DNA from: Eledone cirrhosa
Lineage: Eukaryota
NCBI GenBank assembly: GCA_964016885.1
Contig: OZ024741.1
Span: forward strand, 356,438,001 to 356,502,000
Length of the DNA: 64,000 bases
Direction of reading: 5' to 3'
The position numbers and the translations under genes are program-made. Under the pieces are notes generated by a model, which worked only from the letters and a program-made list of their open reading frames with translations, did no database searches and was not told the DNA's origin. Position 1 is the stretch's first letter, and each line of letters opens with the position of its first letter. Positions 12,958-26,110 of this stretch are shown one piece after another.

Positions 12958-13613
12958 AAACAAAAATTAGAATTTGGTTTCTCACTCTTATGTAGCTGGA
13001 TACATGAATGTATTTGTGAGTTTTATATTGAATAATAATAATATTTGATTTGTTTGCAAGCAAACAGCCTCATTATGCAATGTTTTTTAGATGACAGTTG
13101 TTATCCTTTTGTTCTAGCAATGGCATGGAGAAACATTTAACGTTGTTTCAAGGTTATTGCCCTTTGTCAAGATTGTGTATCTCTTTCTGCCACTCTTGAA
13201 AATATATGTTTTCTAAAGTATACATCAGCTGATTAGCCTTATTTGCATACCAAGCGATTTTACAGCTGGCTTTGCCAAAAATTAAAAACAAAATATTAGA
13301 ATTTGGTTTCTCGCTGTTACATAGCTGGGTACATGAATGTATTTGTGAGTTTTATATTGAAAATGATAATAACATTCGATTCGTTTGCAAGCAAACAGCC
13401 TCATTACACTGTTTTTTAGATGACTGTCATCATCCTTTTAATTTATAACTGCTCGGTATGCAAATAAGGCTAATCAGCCAATTTATATTATTATTATTAT
13501 TATTAAAATAAAGCACCAGTAACACACTGGGATAATTGCTGGCCTTGTGCCAAAAGTAGAAACTATTATTATTATGATTATTATTATTGTTATTATTCAA
13601 TATAAAACTCACA
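12958..13613. repeat. Unassigned repeat with ~330-bp direct repeat plus inverted sub-copies
   Basis: 12958-13110 is repeated at 13288-13437. 13451-13480 inverts 13228-13256 and 13594-13613 inverts ~13013-13032. Related to 41131-41775. Confidence 0.65.
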
Positions 13614-14379
13614 ATTTATATATTAGTATATAAGCACAATTTATATATTTTTTAATCTGAAAAAACTCGTGGGAAAAGACTCACACACTCAATCCCATGA
13701 TACAAGGAGCCTGGAGCTTCTCTCTAATCTTTGAAGTAAGTCACAAAATACATAGGAACAACCCTAATGGGCATCACCAGATACAATGGTATGGTAAGCT
13801 ACCAACAATGACATAAATTTCAATGTTGGAGGCTCAGTCCCACAAACGTCTCGAATGTCACAGGCCGCTGGAAAGAAATCTGTTGATGTTGTCACTCCTT
13901 GAGTTAAGGTTTCTTTGGAGCTGCATAATAATCTGTACCTGATGACAGCCACAGCTGAAGAAAATCAAGAATGGCTGTACATCATCTATTGCATATCATA
14001 TTGTACAATGATGCCATGACTATTACCAAATGTGAAAATGTACTTTGTACTTTGTGGATATGAAATCAAATTACCATTTTCAAAATACCAATATCAGAAC
14101 ATCACCCCACCCCACCACACAAAAACATTAAATAGATGGCAAGATTCACACAAAAAAAAAAATTTTTCCAACTGATCAGGTAATCCTTTTCTTTAAAACA
14201 AGAGGCAACTATTTCCTTGCTCTGAGTGAAAACATGAAAAAAAAATTATCAACAAAATTGTAATCTACATTATTAAGACAGTTATAAGGAAACCATGGAA
14301 GGATGGCAGGTAGGGCACTAAACTTTAGTTATACATGTTTCCTCAGAATTTTCTTAATGCATATTTTGCAGAGAAACCT

Positions 14380-14790
14380 TTTCTTGTTGCCCTGATGTCT
14401 CTATACGAATTCCCAAGTATTTGTGTTCGTATAAATGGTGTTAAATCAAAACCATTCAATGTGAGAGTCAGACTTCACCAAGGGAGTGTACTGTCACCTC
14501 TCCTGTTGAACAAGATTGATATGCCCAACCAGGTTGGAAATGGTATCACATCTGGCAGGTGTAAAATCAGTCAGCTGGAATTTTCAGACATGGTATTACT
14601 TAACTCGGACAGATTTTATAGGCAAAACCAACTGGCAGGAGACCCAGAGAAAGATAGTTGGATAACATCCATGAGCTTGGCTGGTCTCGCTTGGGGATAC
14701 AACCAAATCAGTCTGAGACTTGCTTCTGACAGGACCCGCTAGAAGGAGTGTTTGAGGACTCTTTCCCTACGACCCTCCCAAGAAGAAGAA
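14380..14790 (+). mobile_element. RTE LINE remnant of the family at 55215-57380
   Basis: CVRINGVKSKPFNVRVRLHQGSVLSPLL, shared 3' end and (GAA)n tail. Confidence 0.7.
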
Positions 14791-15571
14791 GATTACAATA
14801 ATGTTGATAACATTTTAAAAAGAAATTGTCATTTTCACTCACGTAAATTACAGGAAGCTGTATCTGAACTCAAAACAAAAGAGTTTCATGTTATCTGACT
14901 TTATTCTACAGGGTGAATCAGAAATAACAAGGAAGTCCAACATTTATATTCAAAATATTACTAAAATTCTGGTCAAACAGTTTCGAAATTATAAATACAT
15001 CAAACAAAAGTAGTTAAAAATGTTAATTAAAATAAGTGTTCGAAAAGCTGACCCCGTTCATCAATATATTTTGCAGAGGATGTTCAAAAAGTTATCTGTG
15101 ATGAAAATGCATTAACTTCCCGGCTACTTATGACTCACTCTATATAATTTGTTTTTCAGAGTTCTTATCAAGGTATACATTTAGTAAATGTTTTATTCAC
15201 AATTGTATAACAAAAATATAATAATATAATTGTTACAGAACGAAAACACAAACACATATTTTACAAAGCAGGTAATACATACATCTAGGACCACGTACAA
15301 CAAAGGAAGGTGGAAGGGGTAGGCAAACGAACCGCTACCAGAGCAAAAGATAACAATATCGCGAGGAGCACTGGGAACCTCTCTTTTGGGGAAAAGCCAG
15401 CACACTCGCAGCGTTACCTCGAGTGATGGCGAGGTTGATGCGCTGAAACAACTAAGCACCCTCACGAGCATCACCAGTTACCTCGGTTATGTGAGTCCGT
15501 CAGTAGCCCGACTCCACCAAACGTCTCGAACGCCACAGGCTGGAAATGTATAATTATATCCAACCTTTATA

Positions 15572-16089
15572 TGTACATTTTTACATAAACGCCCGTCGCG
15601 GTTTCGGGTAGAAATTTTTCTCTTTCGTTGCTTTGTTCGTGTGTTTTCAACGATTCTAATCTTCAAACCCGTTGGAAATTACTTGTTTTTCAGATATCAG
15701 ATGGGGATGAATATTTTAAAAAGCATTAAAAAAATTCAAATTCCCTTATTTAACCAGAAGCTATACTGATACTTATATAGTTAAAATGAAAGTGATTGCA
15801 AATTAAATGACACCAGCCTGGAATAGGGTTAAGAAGATATCGCGCCTTACCTCTCCCAATCCATGTAACTAAAAGACGATTAACTTCTGACGATTTTGAA
15901 TGTCAGATTCGTTCAAAACACACTAAAAAACGTAGGAAAGATTATAATGAAATCTTAGAGGCTTGGCCTCTTTCCCCACTCCGATATCTGAAAAACAAGT
16001 AATTTCGGGGGTCAGGGTAGAAAAAAAGCGAGGAAAAAGAACATTCATTTTCTAATCGAATATGAGACTGGTGTTTATGTAAAAGTTTA
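15572..16089. mobile_element. MITE with long imperfect terminal inverted repeats
   Basis: TGTACATTTTTACATAAAC / GTTTATGTAAAAGTTTACA ends plus internal AAATTACTTGTTTTTCAGATATC / GATATCTGAAAAACAAGTAATTT. Confidence 0.6.
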
Positions 16090-16125
16090 CAGTAATTACA
16101 TTAGGAAAAAAACAATAAAAATTTC

Positions 16126-16197
16126 TGGAGATGCCGGGGATTGAACCCGGGGCCTTTCACATGCGAAGCGAACGCTCTACCACTGAGCTACATCCCC
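16126..16197 (-). tRNA. tRNA-Ala(CGC)
   Basis: GGGGATGTAGCTCAGTGGTAGAGCGTTCGCTTCGCATGTGAAAGGCCCCGGGTTCAATCCCCGGCATCTCCA forms a full cloverleaf with G3:U70 Ala identity pair, CGC anticodon and a downstream oligo-T Pol III terminator. Confidence 0.95.
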
Positions 16198-16945
16198 ATT
16201 TCTCCCAGCTGGCCGCCAAACAAGCTTTATAATATTCAATTTCAATAACTAAGTCGTATCAAATAATGTTTCTCCTAAATAATAATAGATATACTTTAAT
16301 TCGATTTCTGATCGTTAAATATTCTTTCGTCTGAAAATACCTATACTAAATCTGTTCGCTCATTTTCGGATTTCGTGTCAATTTATATATAATTTTTGAA
16401 AATTCTCTCTTAAACTAAAAGTACTTAAAAACGTGTTTGTAAAAAGCAGCGCCAGAATAGTATGAAAGCCATAACATAAAGAAAACATGTGGAAGAGGAA
16501 GTTAGCAGAAAACTAGTCGCAGTAAAACATGTACATGTATTGGATTACAAAATATGAACTAATAAATATAGGTGCCAAAAAATTCTCTTTATTTAGCAAA
16601 ACGATTTATTTCGATGGAAATATTTTGTTTATTATGTGTCAAAATACCGACGTTTTAACTTTTCTTACTTTTCCAGTACTATAATAGACATTTTACATAG
16701 ATAAAATGCATTATTGTAGAATGAATACCCAGGCAAAATATTGAAAACTGCTTAACTTTCTGACAATTTTAATGCAAACGAAATATATCTGAACCATTAT
16801 ATATCATATTTATGCCATTATACCTGGTCATAATTTGAAGTCATTGAGAAAATGTCCTTAGACAAATGTTATGAGATCCAGAAAGAACGTTTCTGAAAAT
16901 TTTAAATCTTTTGTTTACATTTATATCATCATTATCAGTATCGTC

Positions 16946-17138
16946 ATCGATAAAGGCGGTGAATTGGCAGTATCGGTAGAGGGTTGGACGCCATGCTTTC
17001 TAGCATAGTTACGTCCCTTTACGGTCTGAGTTCAAATCCCGCCAAGGTTAACTTTGCCTTTCATCCTTACGGGGTCGATAAAATAAAGTACCAGTAATTT
17101 ACAGGATAATTGATGGCCTTGTGCCTAAAGTAGAAACA
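16946..17138 (+). mobile_element. Nin-like SINE with 15-bp target-site duplication
   Basis: ATTATCAGTATCGTC at 16931-16945 and 17139-17153 flanks a full SINE copy. Confidence 0.8.
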
Positions 17139-17391
17139 ATTATCAGTATCGTCGTTTAGCATCCGTTTCCTCTGCTAAGCAAGGGTTGGACGTGCCGTCA
17201 CTGACCGTTACGTACGATCCCGCCTTTTACCGAGTGTATGTTATCGTGACACCAATACTAGGCAAGTTATTATCTCTTTGGTATAGCTGAAGATTCTTCT
17301 CGACTCTTTTTTTAGCAGGTTTTCTACAGCTGGGTGTCTTCTATGCACCAACCACTTTGCAGTGTGTACTGGGTGAATGTATTATGTAGAT

Positions 17392-17689
17392 CAGCGGTCG
17401 CCAACCTTTTGGACATCACGGACCACTAATATGAATTAATGGTCAATGGTCGAAACAATACTAAAGCATACGTGTGTCATATTGTCGATAGATGATACAT
17501 TTGTGTAAAATTCTTTCATGGATTTTAGTTCTTTACTGAGGAGAAACATTTTTAGAGGGGGTCATAAAATATATTTTAACCAAATATTATTTTTGTTTTA
17601 TTATTAATAAAACAAAAATTGCAAATAATGTCCACATTTTTCTGCGGACCACCAAAATTTTCTCTCAGACTACCGGTTGGCGACTGTTG
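17392..17689. mobile_element. hAT (Charlie-like) MITE inserted in an RTE 3'UTR remnant
   Basis: TIRs CAGCGGTCGCCAACC / GGTTGGCGACTGTTG and imperfect 8-bp TSD ATGTAGAT / GTGTAGAG. Confidence 0.8.
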
Positions 17690-18119
17690 GTGTAGAGCAC
17701 CAACAGGTGTGACGTTATGTCTATGACACAGCTGAAGAGTCCTGACTTTTTGCTTGGTAGGATTTTCTATGGCTGAATACCCTTTCTATCAGCAACCACT
17801 TTACAGAGTGTATTGGGTGCTTTTACCGTGTAGATCACCAACACTCAATAAGTTATGACATAAAGAGTCCTCTCGGTCCTTTTACCATAATTTCTAAAGT
17901 GGGGTGTCCTTCAACTTTCGGTAATCAGAAGGGATGTAGGTGCCAACACTTACCTATGCTCATAATCCTTGGGTAATGAGCGAAAAAATACGATCGAGAA
18001 TCCAAGCAGCCGAAATGAGGTTCCTCTGAAGGGTCTTTGGAGTAACGTTACCAGCCATCATAAGTTTGTGTGATGTATTTTTGAATAGCTGAATTCATAA
18101 AAAAATTCTCAAACTTCTT

Positions 18120-18900
18120 CTGTCAACGATGCAGCTCTTCTATCTTTACTGACATCAAAGTATCCCCAAAATCTTTCCCGAGTATTTTCCTTCTCATCAA
18201 CAAATCGTAAAATGCGTGACAATTAAGATTTTATTCAATGATCCATAATCTCATCAAATATAACAGCAACAAATGATGTTTTTTTCAATCATTGCCTTAA
18301 TTTCATATTCAATTGTAGCAGCTGTACAATTAATGATCTCATTTTGAATATGCGCAGTTTGAATTTTTCTTCATGAAATCTAAGTGTTCCATACTGCTTC
18401 ACATATAGCCAAAAATATTACCCTTATTGGTTTATCATTCTGTTTCATCGTGTCCTCAAAATTGTAATTCTTGACAGGCCAAAATTTCAATACAAAACCT
18501 TTTAAACATGATTTTTCTCAACTGATCTATTATGCAACGGAATTGAAGCTACTTTCCAGTGATCGATCACTGTATCAATTCCTTGTCAGCCAAAGGTTTT
18601 CAGAGCAATTATGGAAATCAGGTTCTGAGATTTTTTTGTCTTGTCAAAGCTGTAATCAAATTGTTCTAATTGTAGTGGCTGATAGTTGTCCATGTGTTCT
18701 TATGTTGACAAAATAAGACATGGGAAACAGAACAATTTGTTCAGAATGGGATATCCCATCATCCACACATACTGTTCATAATACTTGGATTAAAAATGAC
18801 AATAACATTCCAGGCTGCCCAATTTTGTTTTGATTTTTCTCTTTTGAAAATGATATTCTTCTTTGCAAAAAGTCAGGAAAGTAGAGAGGAAACTGAGCTA
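18120..18900 (-). pseudogene. hAT (ZMYM1-like) transposase remnant
   Basis: Disrupted minus-strand peptides NKLFCFPCLI (TTF zinc finger), RGHDE..NKGN, VAVIFDE and ILRFVDEKENTRERFWGYFDVS. Confidence 0.75.
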
Positions 18901-20757
18901 ATTGACTCTTTTGCCATCATGTGGGTGAATGAAAACATCAAAAATGTTACTGACTTATAATTTTTTTAATGAATTAAAGCTTTATTCTAACAAAAAATTT
19001 AGGTGGTAGTTTCCTTTTTTTACATAACTCCTTTAAAAATAATTTTAAATATTTAAAATTAAATGTTAATGCATTTGAATGGATAAATGGATAACTTTTC
19101 CTTTTTAATCACAAAAAAATAAACTTTGCCAATTGCTTTTTTTTTGTTCCAAGAAAACTCTGGGTAATGGTCACGACTGAATTCATGTCTTAAAAGCATT
19201 AAAAAAAAAAAAAAGGAACATTTGATGTGACATTAGGATTGCAAAATGTTCCGTATATATTCTTCAGTACTGAATATTTGTGCAAAATAAACCAGAATGA
19301 AGAGTAAAACAAATTTGCAAACTGACTATATACCCATTTCTCGTCTAAATCTGACAGCTAGAAGTCCTATGATCTCAGCCACAGGGGGATATAAAAATAT
19401 CAGCACTCCAGGAAATTTGTTGAGAGCATGCCCGCTAGCTTAATACGGCTGAAAGGCAAGCAGCAACAATTCTGCTTTTTTTTCTCTTCTCACTCATTTT
19501 GTTTCTCTTTTTCATGCTCCCTTCTTAAAAAAACAAAAAACTAATAGAATAGGAAAGAAACTAACACCACTGCTTTTTCTCACTATGACTGGAAAGCAAG
19601 CAGAAAAAATTCTGCTTTTCTCTACCTTTCCCTCCTCCACTCTTTTGTGCTCCATGCTCAAAAGGAATAGAAAAGCAAAGCAACTAGTTCCGCTAAGCAA
19701 ACAGGAGCCTTTTCAACTCTTCTTAAATATTGCTTGTTTATCCTAAGAAATAAAAAAAAATATACACAAGTACAATGAGGACAGTGGAAATTATCACTAA
19801 TTAATTTAATATTATACAAAAATTATTTATCCTGGGAAAAAAATAAGGCATGCAGTGCTTACATATACACTTCACCCGACACATATGTACATAAATATAT
19901 ATTGGAAGGGTGTTGATGGGAGGAAAGTCTGAACTATGTAGTTGATGGATTACTGTGTGCAATGTTGCATCCTCAAGTTGGGAATAACCATGCAAGAAAA
20001 TAAATTGACACATTTGTTTAAACATGACATCTAAATCAAGGTTGTTGATGTAAAACCAGCAGAATGGGATGATAGAGTAAATTTTGTTTGTGGAACATGA
20101 AGGAAGGGGGGTAATAATCGGTAGGCCTAAAGTAGACCGATGTGAAATCTTGTGCTGGATATGAAATGGGTGAATTGCTCTCATATTAGTCTGGTGGTTG
20201 GTAACATGTGGTAATTGTTTCCTAATAGAATCATTTGAATAAATTGCTTGCCTGAGTTGTTTCCCTTTGTAACTACCGATAAATATATTTCAGGTGTAAT
20301 TGATGTATATGTGACAGGCTGATTTCCAATACTGGCACTAAATACATGGGAAGGTGGAGGAGGAAAATGTGGCCTACGAATAGACGGGGGTGTAGAGCCT
20401 GCTGCTCCCCATTCCTTGACTTTCATTATTTATTTATTGCAAACAATTTAATTGAAATTTATCTTGTGAAACAGGAGTTATAAGGCTTTTGAGAAGACGC
20501 GTAGAGAAACAACTGCTTTTCATTAAAAACAAAATGTTAAAGGAATTAAAAACACCTATATTTGAGGTATTTTTTATGAATCAAGTCATATAATGATAGA
20601 TATTATAATTACACTTCTAAAAAGATTAAAAAAAGGGTGAGAAATAGAAAACCAAACAATTTTGATAAACTTTATTAAATCGTTTATATATGAAAGTGAA
20701 ATGAATTATTTAAAAATCTATCTTTTGGCAGAACATAAATGACTAGAAAATAATTTT

Positions 20758-20904
20758 TTAGAGGTAAGAGTCACACCATGTCTTCAGACAATTATAGCAA
20801 TCTCCAGCCTGCTTTGAGTTGGCATGAATAGTCACTGAGATCCAATCTTTAAACAATTCCTCATCTTTGTTTAGGAGAAGAAACTGACCCAAAACATTAT
20901 AGGC
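20758..20904 (-). CDS. BANF1: Barrier-to-autointegration factor, coding exon 2 (AYNVLGQFLLLNKDEELFKDWISVTIHANSKQAGDCYNCLKTWCDSYL*)
   Basis: ttattCAG acceptor, phase 0, 147 nt ending in TAA. Aligns without gaps to BAF residues 42-89. Confidence 0.93.
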   Translation of the reverse strand, partial: AYNVLGQFLLLNKDEELFKDWISVTIHANSKQAGDCYNCLKTWCDSYL

Positions 20905-23107
20905 CTGAATAACAAGAAAACAAACACTGACTTAATAATAATTCTAATATACAACATTTATTAACAATATAATAAACTAAATGATTTTGCTCCATTTTAA
21001 AATATCTGATATATCAACAGTATAAATAGGAAACCAGCTAATCCTGGATATAGATGTGAGCTGTAAAGTTAATTTTTTTTCCAGTCAACATGAATTTTAG
21101 TGATCAGATGGGACTTGGTGCTTCCACTGAGAGATAATATGTAGGCACAAGTCTTGTATTATAAGTGAAACTGGAAACAAAAGATTACATGACACTCATA
21201 TGTTTCTCAAATTCTCTATCTCTATACAAGAATATCTTAGTTTTGGTCCCACTACATTGCTCCTTGGGCAAATGTCTTTTACTATAACCTTGCACCGATC
21301 AAAGCCTTGTGAGTGTAGTTCAGTAACATGTGGGAGCCTGTTATATATGTTAGCATGTGTGTGTATCTTTTTACATTAACACAGCTTTAAAAACTGGTAC
21401 TGTCTGTCAGGAAGATCAGTGGAATAAGTACCTGACTTAAAATAATTAAGGATTGGTATGAAGAAGGGTATCTAATTGTAGAATGCTGAAAAAGTCTTGT
21501 TTAACCCATGCAAGCATGACAAAGTGGTTGTAAAAATGATGATGCTTATATTTTATGGCTGAATTCCACACATGAGAGTCCATCTATTGTCTAATTTAGT
21601 AACTAACCAATAAAATCCTCATGCTTGCTTAAAAATTTTGATTTCTATGCACTACAAATAGAGTTTCAAAAACTATCTTTCTGTGATGTCAGCTGTAATT
21701 ACCATCCTATTGAACAGAACAAATATTACTGTGTATATCCAGTTTACAATAGGTACAATGTATCTCTGTGTATTGTAAGAGGCAACTGAACAGGTTGGTG
21801 TCAGGAAGGGCATTTGGCCTGTAAGGCTAACCTCTGCTTTAGAAGAGAAAATGACTTTAAGATGCTTATTGTGTTGTATAGAAGAAAATATCTAAATCAA
21901 TATGTAGATAGGCAAATTATCATGCATGCACCATATAATAGCTACAAAGAACATTAGTCCCTATAAGGATACTGATGAGACACTTGGTCCTTGTATTGTT
22001 TTTTCACTCCCCACCAAAAGATATTTATACATCCATCTATATAATTTACATCAATTCATATCTACTTTTCCATGCTTACATGGGTGAAATGGGTTTTTTC
22101 AAGCATAGCATCTCTCCACTCATTATTGTTTTTCGGCTTGTGATTTGAGATCAGCTCTCAGAACCTCTGCCAGGCCTTCCTCTCAGTAACGCTGTTAAAA
22201 ATGCAAACAGTCTAGTAGTAACAAGGAGAGAGTAACTTACAATGATTATATTGCCATTGTTTTTACATCCACTTGGACAGATGGATATGCTGGAGTCACA
22301 ATAAAATGCCCCCAGTGCATGCTATAAAGTGGTTAGCATTAGGAAAAGCATCCAGCTGTAAAAACCAAGCCCCAATCCAAAGAAAAAAAGAGCTTCCTAG
22401 CAAAACGGGGTCACAAGACCAGTCTAGATTCTGTATATGACAACCTATCTAACCAATGCAAAATAGACTTTAAAAGGCAATGATGATGATTTGGGTTGAA
22501 TTCTGTTTGCTTGATGCTTAATACCGCGTCAGTTATTTTTTTTAAAATTCAGATTCCTAGTTGGTGCAGAGTTCTCTGCTCCCGCTTCGCAGAATTTCAT
22601 TCAGAATTACTGTACGTCTAGCTGAGTCCTTTCACTTATCGTATTGCCATTGTTTTTATGTCCACTTTCCCATTGTGCTATGGATTGGGCAGGTGATAGT
22701 GCTAGAGTCCAATAAAATGCTTTCAGTAAAGTGATTTGCATTAAGAAGGACATCCTACTGTAGAAACCAAGCCAAAAACAGCGTGTACAAATAAAACGTT
22801 TTGCAATTGAATTCACCTCATGGTGCAAACTCTTTTAGCAGCCTCATACAGCACAAAGGAATATTTTTTTATTGGATACAGCAACAAGCATTTACCCTGC
22901 TAAAGCAGTCTAGCCTTGGGGCTCCATAACAAGCTAAATCATAATTATCATGAGGTCTTTTTAGAGGTAAATGTTTTGTAGCCTTTCCTGGCACCTACCC
23001 ATTTAGTCAACTCTTATATAAACTGAAATTATATATCACCAAAGATCAAATAGTGTTAAATATTCAATTGGCATTTATTTTGGAGGTAAATATAAAATAA
23101 AGTAAAC

Positions 23108-23230
23108 CTTTTCATATCCTTTCTCAATAAGTCTGTCTCCAAGGATGCCACCAATTCCAGCCAACTGTTTAACAGACTTATCACCCATTGGCTCATCAAC
23201 AAAACTGCGAAATTTCTGTGAAGTGGTCAT
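23108..23230 (-). CDS. BANF1: Barrier-to-autointegration factor, coding exon 1 ([41 protein letters not shown])
   Basis: ATG lies 9 nt after a CAG acceptor (23240-23242), 41 codons, then a GT donor. BAF signature MTTSQK..F..EPMG.K....LAGIG. Spliced product is 89 aa. Confidence 0.93.
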
Positions 23231-26064
23231 GATTTATACCTGAAGAAAGAATTGAGAAATAAATGATATTGAACAATCATTGGCAATATTGTTTATACAA
23301 ATGTGGGCTTTCTATTGTTAGTTTTCAGTTATTATTTACTCCAGTCTAGCTAGGAAAATGTATGTTGTTGTATACAATACTGGGTTTTAGAATAGTTATA
23401 CCATATCCCTATGTCACATGAGGCAACTAAAAGGGTGGTGGATTGACAGTCATTAGAGAATTGGAGAAATGCTTAACAGTCTTTGTTTTCACTCTTTACT
23501 TTCTGAGTTCAAATCCCATCAAAGTCAACTTTGCTTTTCATTCTTGCAAGGTCAATAAAATAGAATACTAGTCACATACTGGGGTCAATGTAATCAACTT
23601 TCCCTTTCTCATGAATTGTTGGCCATGTGCCTAAATTAGAAATCATAAGCCATTTCATTAACATATTTCTAATGAAAGACACTATCTTTTAATTTCTCAT
23701 AATTTTGAAAATAATCAAGAATTTGGAGGGATTTGGTAATAAAAAAGTTTTCTCATAATTAAGTTGGTGTTTTGAACACAAAAGTTCTTACGTAAAATTA
23801 TAATGGAAGGTTTTTAAATAAATATAAACAGCTTTGTATCACAAAATCAACCAGTGGTTGTTTCAGGTGGCTTGGTATCAAAATGGTTGAGTTGGTATTT
23901 GAAACATATTAACATTTTCTTACACATAAAATTGTGATAGAAGGTTTAAATATAAATAGGAACACTTTGAAGCAACAGTTTTCTATTATAAAACCAGAGA
24001 ATTATTATAACGGTGAAAAAAATTCCCTGCAGTATTTGTTTTGACTGTTTATTGTCCAAGTTCAAATTCAGTTTATGTCAAGTTTGCTTTTTACCTTTTA
24101 GGAGATTGATAAAATAACAGTGCCAGTCAAATATTGGGGTGATTTAATTGACTAACCCACTCCTCTCCAAATTTCTGAGTGGCTTAATTAAAAACCATTA
24201 TTACTCAAGGTGGATTGGCAATATCGGTAGAGGGTCGGACGCCATGATTTGCAGCATAGTTAAGGCCCTTTACGGTCTGAGTTCAAAGTCTGAGTTTTGT
24301 TATATTTCAAATTAAATACTTCAAATAATTTTGAAAATAATGAAGAATTTTCTCATTAAGCTGATGTTTGGAACATAAAGGTTCTTACATAGAATTATGA
24401 TAGGTTTTTAGATAAAAAAAAACACTAAGTGTTGTATTGTAGAACCATGGACAGTTTCATGTGGTTCACTATCAAAAGGATTCATTCTAATTCTTCCATT
24501 TACTTTATAGATTTTTGTGCATCTATTTTCCGCAGAGAGGCATAGCTGAGGGCTTAAAAAGTTTCCTGCGCAATCATGCAGTCAAGGGTTCGATCTCATC
24601 ACTTGGCATCCTATGCAAGATATCTTTACCATAATACTATGATCTGTCCCAAGGATTGGGAGTGGAATTGGGTAGACGGAAATCCTGGAAGTCCGTTGGA
24701 TGTATTGTATTTATAATTGAAATGATACAGGTGTTTGACGTTCAGGTGACTGAGCAACTGAAAGCTCATCATTATAACATTAAAAATCCTGGGAAATCTA
24801 TGATTTGTACATTATTCTATGTACTATACATGCACCTTTGATGAGTTGTAGTGCACCTGAGCACTGTACACAATTTTCATTATTATTTCATAACTGACGA
24901 AGGATTTTCCACCACCATTTTCAATAATTTTTTTAATTTCATTCGTGAGTAAGACGTGGTCACTTATCCTGTTTTGCCTCAGTACGTGTCAACCAATCTA
25001 ATCTTAGTAAGCATAAAAAAAAGCTCACCCAGCTTTCTAGAGTTTTCTAGGCGTAACTACAGATGTTTCCAAAAGTCATAGGTTGTAGAAATGTTACAGA
25101 ATAAAATGTATGACATTATTCTTTATAAACATAAAATAGGAAGTCGTGATCGAAAAAAATTCTAGTTTATGTTTAGCCTACTACAAGTCTTTATGAAATG
25201 AAAACATTAACTAATAAATTAAAGTTTACTCAAAATAAGATTAAAAAGATTTTCAACACAATCGTAATCTATACATTCGAAAACGTAACACTACAAAATT
25301 TCATTTAAAAATATCCCTTAAGGAAATTATGAAGAAAGAAAGTCTGTGAAGGCACTAAATTGTTTTTCGTTTTAATATATGAAATAGGAGTGTATTAGCC
25401 GAGAGAAAAGAAACAAAGAAAAAGTAAACAGAAAGAACATATAATGAAAACTTAGTTTCATAAGACAAGCAAGCGTCATTTTTATATAAACTACGACGAA
25501 AGAATAAATAACAAAACACTTGGAAGGTAATATAGAAGACTTGACGCAGTTAAAATATATTTTAGTCATTATTTATAATAATGTTATTGTTGTTAAATCA
25601 CATATCTGCCTCAATAAAGCAAATCTTTGATCAAAAGTTTTCAAGGAATCTTCATCCCATCTCCCCCATACCAACAACATAATACTTATCTAGAACATTT
25701 TTAAAGGCATTCGCTGACTCGTTATAAACATTGAATATATATATTCCTTGTCCATTTTTCACTTAGGAGAAACATTATTGTAGATGACTGTGAATACTGT
25801 AATAATTTTAGGATTTAATTCGTATTGTTTCCAGTAAAAACCTAAAGTGCAGTACAAACTGCAAAACAAAATGATGCGATAAACAGCGCGAACATTTTTG
25901 AATGTAGTTACACTGTTGTATTGTCATACCGTTACTATAAACCGTGACATAATTTACAGCTCTCGTCAGAAAACTTGGAAGGTGAAATACATAAGTGTAA
26001 TTTGATGATAAAATATCATTAAAAAGGAGTTAGTTAATTAAGAACTGGAGATATAAATACTTAC

Positions 26065-26110
26065 CGCCAATTTTATTCTCGTGTAACGCGCAGTTGTTTC
26101 AAGGGAAGAT
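26065..26110 (-). other. Candidate non-coding first exon / promoter of BANF1
   Basis: Canonical GTAAGT donor on the minus strand at 26064-26059 in a repeat-poor, CpG-containing stretch upstream of the acceptor at 23240. The 5' boundary is a guess. Confidence 0.4.
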
